64,000 nt of DNA. Source: Podarcis melisellensis (taxonomy: Eukaryota). Below the pieces are notes generated by a model that was not told where the DNA came from, did not search any database, and saw only the letters and a program-made list of their open reading frames with translations. Below are positions 60,553-64,000 of this stretch, in pieces (the stretch's first letter is position 1; each line of letters opens with the position of its first letter). Position numbers and translations under genes: made by a program. The DNA is taken from the NCBI GenBank assembly GCA_964234715.1, contig OZ174276.1, one strand, 5' to 3'.

Positions 60553-60817
60553 TATTAAGTTGTGGGTTGACATAGCAGCCGGCACAGCGATTTCTTCAAG
60601 TAGTTCTTTATTTTGTAAGCTGGAATAGAACTGACTGCAAACAGCTCAGCCGGCCTGCTTTTATAGGCAGCCGGCTGTCAACATTGTAACAACCACAGCC
60701 CAGAGTTCCCGCCTAAAATAACTGCCGCGGACCTGAGTGTAAACTATCTACAGACCTGAGTGAAAACTATATACAGTATCCCCCTGTTGGCCCAGGGTGA
60801 AACTACACTACATAACA
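60553..60817 (-). repeat. Gypsy 5' LTR
   Basis: TGTTATG...TTAATA on the - strand, with TATAAAA and AATAAA. Confidence 0.95.
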
Positions 60818-61213
60818 ATTAAAGTGCTCATAACCCATGGCTGACGGAAGTGAGCTCTAGACGAGAGCCAACTTGCTGAAACTTCGTTCACACGATGCGA
60901 CGCTTGCTGGAATAGATAGAAAGATCCAAAGGCCCACACATAACTGTGACATGATGGCTTCCAGGGTTTTTTTTTGGGGGGGATGTCCCATTTTAGTGCC
61001 CCAACCCAGAAAAAAACTCCAAAGTTCAAAAACTATTGACGTTCTATTCTATGCCGATCTATTCAGTCATTGTGCAATTCTCGACTTTGCTTGCAAAACT
61101 AATGCTACACACCTCATTCTTACCCAAGCCCTGCTGATGCACGGTAACTCTGGCAGCATACACATGGCACCCTCAGACTCGCAGTCCATGAGATGCACCA
61201 CCTGAGGCAACAT

Positions 61214-61800
61214 TATGGGATGTGAAACACATAGCAGTCAAGTACAACATTCCTAGAATGGCCATGCTAGGAGATGCTTTGTATCAGCCAGGAGAAAACT
61301 TCCTGTTTCCTCCTGAGCTGGGACAAACTTCCTCTGCATGTGACTAGAGTGTGTGTGTGGCCTAATATGAGAAAGAGGAGCACACCTTCTTCTTTTGCTC
61401 CTCTCTTCTCCATTTTGTTTTTCTCTGTGTGTGAGCAGAAGTGACTGCCTGTCTGTAGTCACTTGGGACTAACTCCCTTATGGGATAGTTCCACATGTAT
61501 ATATACTTTTGTAACCTAAGTCTGACTTCAGGGATCTAACTGTGAACTGAATGAATGTGACTAAACTACTTTTATATTCACTTTAATAAGATTGTCGTGT
61601 ATATTCTTTTTAAGAGGGACAAGAAGGGATCTTACCAGGAATCTTATAGAGAGAGGTTCAGATGAACCTGCAGCAAGCAAACCATTGTGCATTTAAAGGG
61701 GAATGTTTAAACTCTGCTAAGACATAGAACTTGCTAACGCAAGTTAGGAAGGACATCATTAAACAATATATCCTCTCCTGCCTCCCTGAACATTCCCACA
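61214..61800. mobile_element. Solo LTR (~587 bp)
   Basis: Inverted termini TATGGGATGT / ACATTCCCACA and perfect 5-bp TSD AACAT (61209-61213, 61801-61805). Confidence 0.65.
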
Positions 61801-62289
61801 AACATGGCTAGTACACTGTGTACCATTGAAGGCTTGCAGTGCATACGGAGAGGCACGGTCATTTTTCCCATTAATTCCCCCGTCAGCTGAGAGGCACAGG
61901 GAGTTCTTGCCATGACAGTTGTAAGTCCGGCATGCCACTGGTGGGCAACTGAGCCCTCCGAGGCCTGGGGCAAGTGTACCCAGCTGCCACTGCCCCACCT
62001 CCCTACATGGGCCTGGTTGCAGTCATATCATTTTCCTTTACTTCCATTGACTGATGGTACAACCCAACCCGTACCTAAGAACTAAATTCTGAATTCAGTA
62101 CATTTTGCTGCAAATGGCATCGCCCACCAACCACCACTTCTCAAAGGGTGGGGTCGAAATGTCCCAGTCAAACCTGAAGCCAGCTAAGTTACTTAAGCGC
62201 CAAAGGCAGAAAATCCCATAAGGGCCTCTCCCACACCCTGGTAGTAGAAATACAAATGTGACTCACCTATTTATTGACAGGCTTGGCCA

Positions 62290-62557
62290 GGCTCTGCTTC
62301 GCCAAGTTACAGGGAAGTTACAGCCAAGTTGCAGGGAACCAGGCAGAGGGCCTTCTCGGTAGTGGCACCCGCCCTGTGGAACGCCCTCCCACCAGATGTC
62401 AAAGAGAAGAACAACTACCAGACCTTTTAGAAGACATCTGAAGGCAGCCCTCTTTAGGGAAGCTTTTAATGTTTAATAGATTATTGTATTTTAATATTCT
62501 GTTGGAAGCTGCCCAGAGTGGCTGGGGAAACCCACTCAGATGGGTGGGGTATAAATA

Positions 62558-62605
<48 letters not shown>
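62290..62605 (+). mobile_element. L2-type LINE 3' fragment with (ATT)n tail
   Basis: agggccttctcggtagtggcaccc..ctgtggaacgccctccc...gaagctgcccagagtggctgggg..(att)n. Confidence 0.75.
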
Positions 62606-64000
62606 TACCGTATTTTCTGCTCTGAGTGGTGGTCATACTCCTAGGATGTAAGCGAGAGGGTCTTTCTCAGCTTTTCTCCAGGAGCTGCTTTTCACTATAG
62701 ATGCTGAGGAATGAACCCAAGACCTTCTGCAAACAGCTTTTAGCAGTTAAAATCTCTGTGTTGATGGAGCTCCCTTCTCGTGCGTTACACCAATGGTTCA
62801 GGTAAACGGCTCCCGTGAGAGGAAACAGGAGCCGGTCATTCATTACTACACCTTGCCACTGAGTGGTATGAAAACTTTTCAGAAGGAAAGCCAAAGTCAT
62901 ACTGAAGAGACACAGATCTTTAGACGTTATATCTTCCTAACAGACCAACTAAGTGAACTCTGTTTTGGGATTTGGGACTGCACTGCAATCTAACTACAAC
63001 CTACAGCACAGTTGCGGAAAATAATGTTGAAGTTAGAACTGTGGTGTTCACATCTTGAAGCATTTATATATTAATGAATAATATAGAGTATATGTAAAAA
63101 TAAAATAAAAATGCATGGGGACCCTCATGAGCAATGCAGTGTGAACAAGCGTTCATCTGACCTTTCCCTAGACACTAGACCACCCACACTTGGTACTCGT
63201 AAACCGGCCGGCTGCTAATTTGGTGGGTGTGTTTTTATTTTGTGTTTTCCAAGTTCTGTCTGGGTATGTGAATCCCAACGCTGTTAAATGCAGGTGGCCT
63301 GCTTATTGCTACCAAATGTCTTACATTGTGTCTTTTCATTATCACACAACCTGTTTTCTTTGTATTATCCCACTGGGGCCGCTTGTGCAGGTGGAAATGT
63401 GGCTCCCTCCAATTCTGGAGAAAAGAAGCCAGAGAAAAGTTAACCGAGTTGCTAAAGGCCTGCTTTCTTTCTTGATTTTGGTGAGACTTTTAGTGGCTTT
63501 GCATTAATTTCCATCTGCTGAGCAGGCCCACACCCCTGAATTTCTGCAGCATGAGGATTTGGGCTTGACATTGTAACATCGTCAAGAATTAAATTCACAT
63601 ACGTATGAAATTATTTTGATTTCTTTACCTGGATTTTCATAGCCTTAATCCAAAGCAGTGTGCTAAAAACCAAATACGCTCTGATATATCCCAAACCAAC
63701 AATAAATCAGCATATCCCTATTTCAAAGCAACAGTTGATAGCATTCAAGCCAATGCATAATAAAATAGAAACAGAGGCATCAATCATTGGCTGTGATGAT
63801 TAGCATATGCTAATGAAACACAGCTTTTCTCTATCCTCTGGGAAGAGGTAATAATCTAGCCTTTGGCTCCAAAAACTGAGCTTCCTACCACCAGGCTCTG
63901 CTCTGTGCTTCTCCTCCTTTAAACCGAGAGATGGAAAGCTCTGCGCTATCTTGAATAATTTTGGCGGACCAGCTTAGCCCAGACACTTCCCCGTGGACTG

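Larger units (their letters stand above)
55867..60817 (-). mobile_element. Full-length Ty3/Gypsy LTR retrotransposon (Mag-like)
   Basis: Two 265-bp LTRs differing at 2 sites, 5-bp TSD ATTAA (55862-55866, 60818-60822), tRNA-Ser PBS, PPT GGTGGGGAGGGG, single gag-pol ORF. Confidence 0.97.

Overview
Vertebrate genomic DNA, almost certainly a squamate (lacertid-type lizard, from the Sauria SINEs and tRNA-Lys/CR1 SINEs). The host gene is TMCC1 on the + strand: three conserved coding exons (33912-34843, 41466-41601, 43483-43797) and a ~4.3 kb 3'UTR. Two candidate alternative first coding exons absent from the ORF track are 19518-19580 (Cys-rich MFMWCCCTCVCCENHFSEPGK) and 32917-32955 (MHWEQLLRLRKAK). 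Bases 1-6390 hold the 5' part of an apparently intact class I (gamma-like) endogenous retrovirus on the - strand. It has a 1042-bp LTR, a tRNA-Gly PBS, a splice donor, gag, a UAG followed by an MLV-geometry read-through pseudoknot, and a pro-pol frame open to the window edge. Bases 23290-26063 are a non-autonomous hAT element (15-bp TIR, 8-bp TSD) filled with a GC-rich array of self-complementary 108-bp units. Bases 55867-60817 are a complete, young Mag-type Ty3/Gypsy element with a 1370-aa ORF and TG...TA LTRs. The rest is intron or intergenic DNA with SINEs, MITEs, LINE fragments, solo LTRs and microsatellites.
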